A DNA stretch of 62,884 nt from an uncultured virus (IMG/VR IMGVR_UViG_3300034021_001069). Lineage: Duplodnaviria > Heunggongvirae > Uroviricota > Caudoviricetes. Position 1 is the first letter of the stretch, and the number at the start of each line of letters is the position of its first letter. The position numbers were made by a program, and so were the translations under genes. The notes under the pieces are model-generated. The model did no database searches. It saw nothing but the letters and a program-made list of their open reading frames with translations, and was not told where the DNA came from. The stretch lies in IMG/VR virus record IMGVR_UViG_3300034021_001069, one strand, 5' to 3'. Below are positions 62,808 through 62,884 of the stretch, one piece after another.

Positions 62808-62884
62808 TTAGTCTCCAAAATAAGAATAAAGTCTTTCAAATTTTTCTAACATTGTGCGATGATGGTTAATACCTTCAAGTAGAA
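62808..62884 (-). CDS. 3' end of a hypothetical protein that starts beyond the window
   Basis: Open frame ...LLEGINHHRTMLEKFERLYSYFGD* reaching the window edge. Confidence 0.45.
   Translation of the reverse strand, partial: LLEGINHHRTMLEKFERLYSYFGD

Overview
A segment of a T4-like cyanomyovirus (Kyanoviridae-type) genome, with essentially all real genes on the minus strand. Positions 1-53.5 kb are an AT-rich late/virion module. In transcription order it holds a large structural protein, a PAAR spike tip, an ATP-grasp-like protein, gp25, gp6, a giant 6021-aa gp7-like wedge/fibre protein, a YHYH protein, a gp9/10-like protein, gp8, a VrlC-like protein, a 2OG-Fe(II) oxygenase, a 1902-aa fibre, neck gp13/gp14, gp15, gp16, several small inserted genes and the 5' part of terminase gp17. 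T4-type late promoters (TATAAATA/ATAAATA) precede many of these genes. Positions ~53.6-62.9 kb are a visibly GC-richer early/accessory region of tiny ORFs driven by repeated sigma70 promoter cassettes with two classes of upstream operator. The strongest lead is a tandem array inside the giant gp7-like protein that looks like phycobiliprotein (globin-fold) subunits and keeps the bilin-attachment C-x-[RD]-D motif. Other leads: a type-1 copper (cupredoxin) motif on a baseplate protein, capsid-targeting-signal proteins between gp16 and gp17, orphan antitoxin-like genes, a pilin-led membrane module, acidic DNA-mimic-like peptides and a divergent-promoter origin candidate. All family calls are from recognising motifs by eye; no searches were run. 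No tRNA, rRNA, CRISPR array, intron or intein was recognised.
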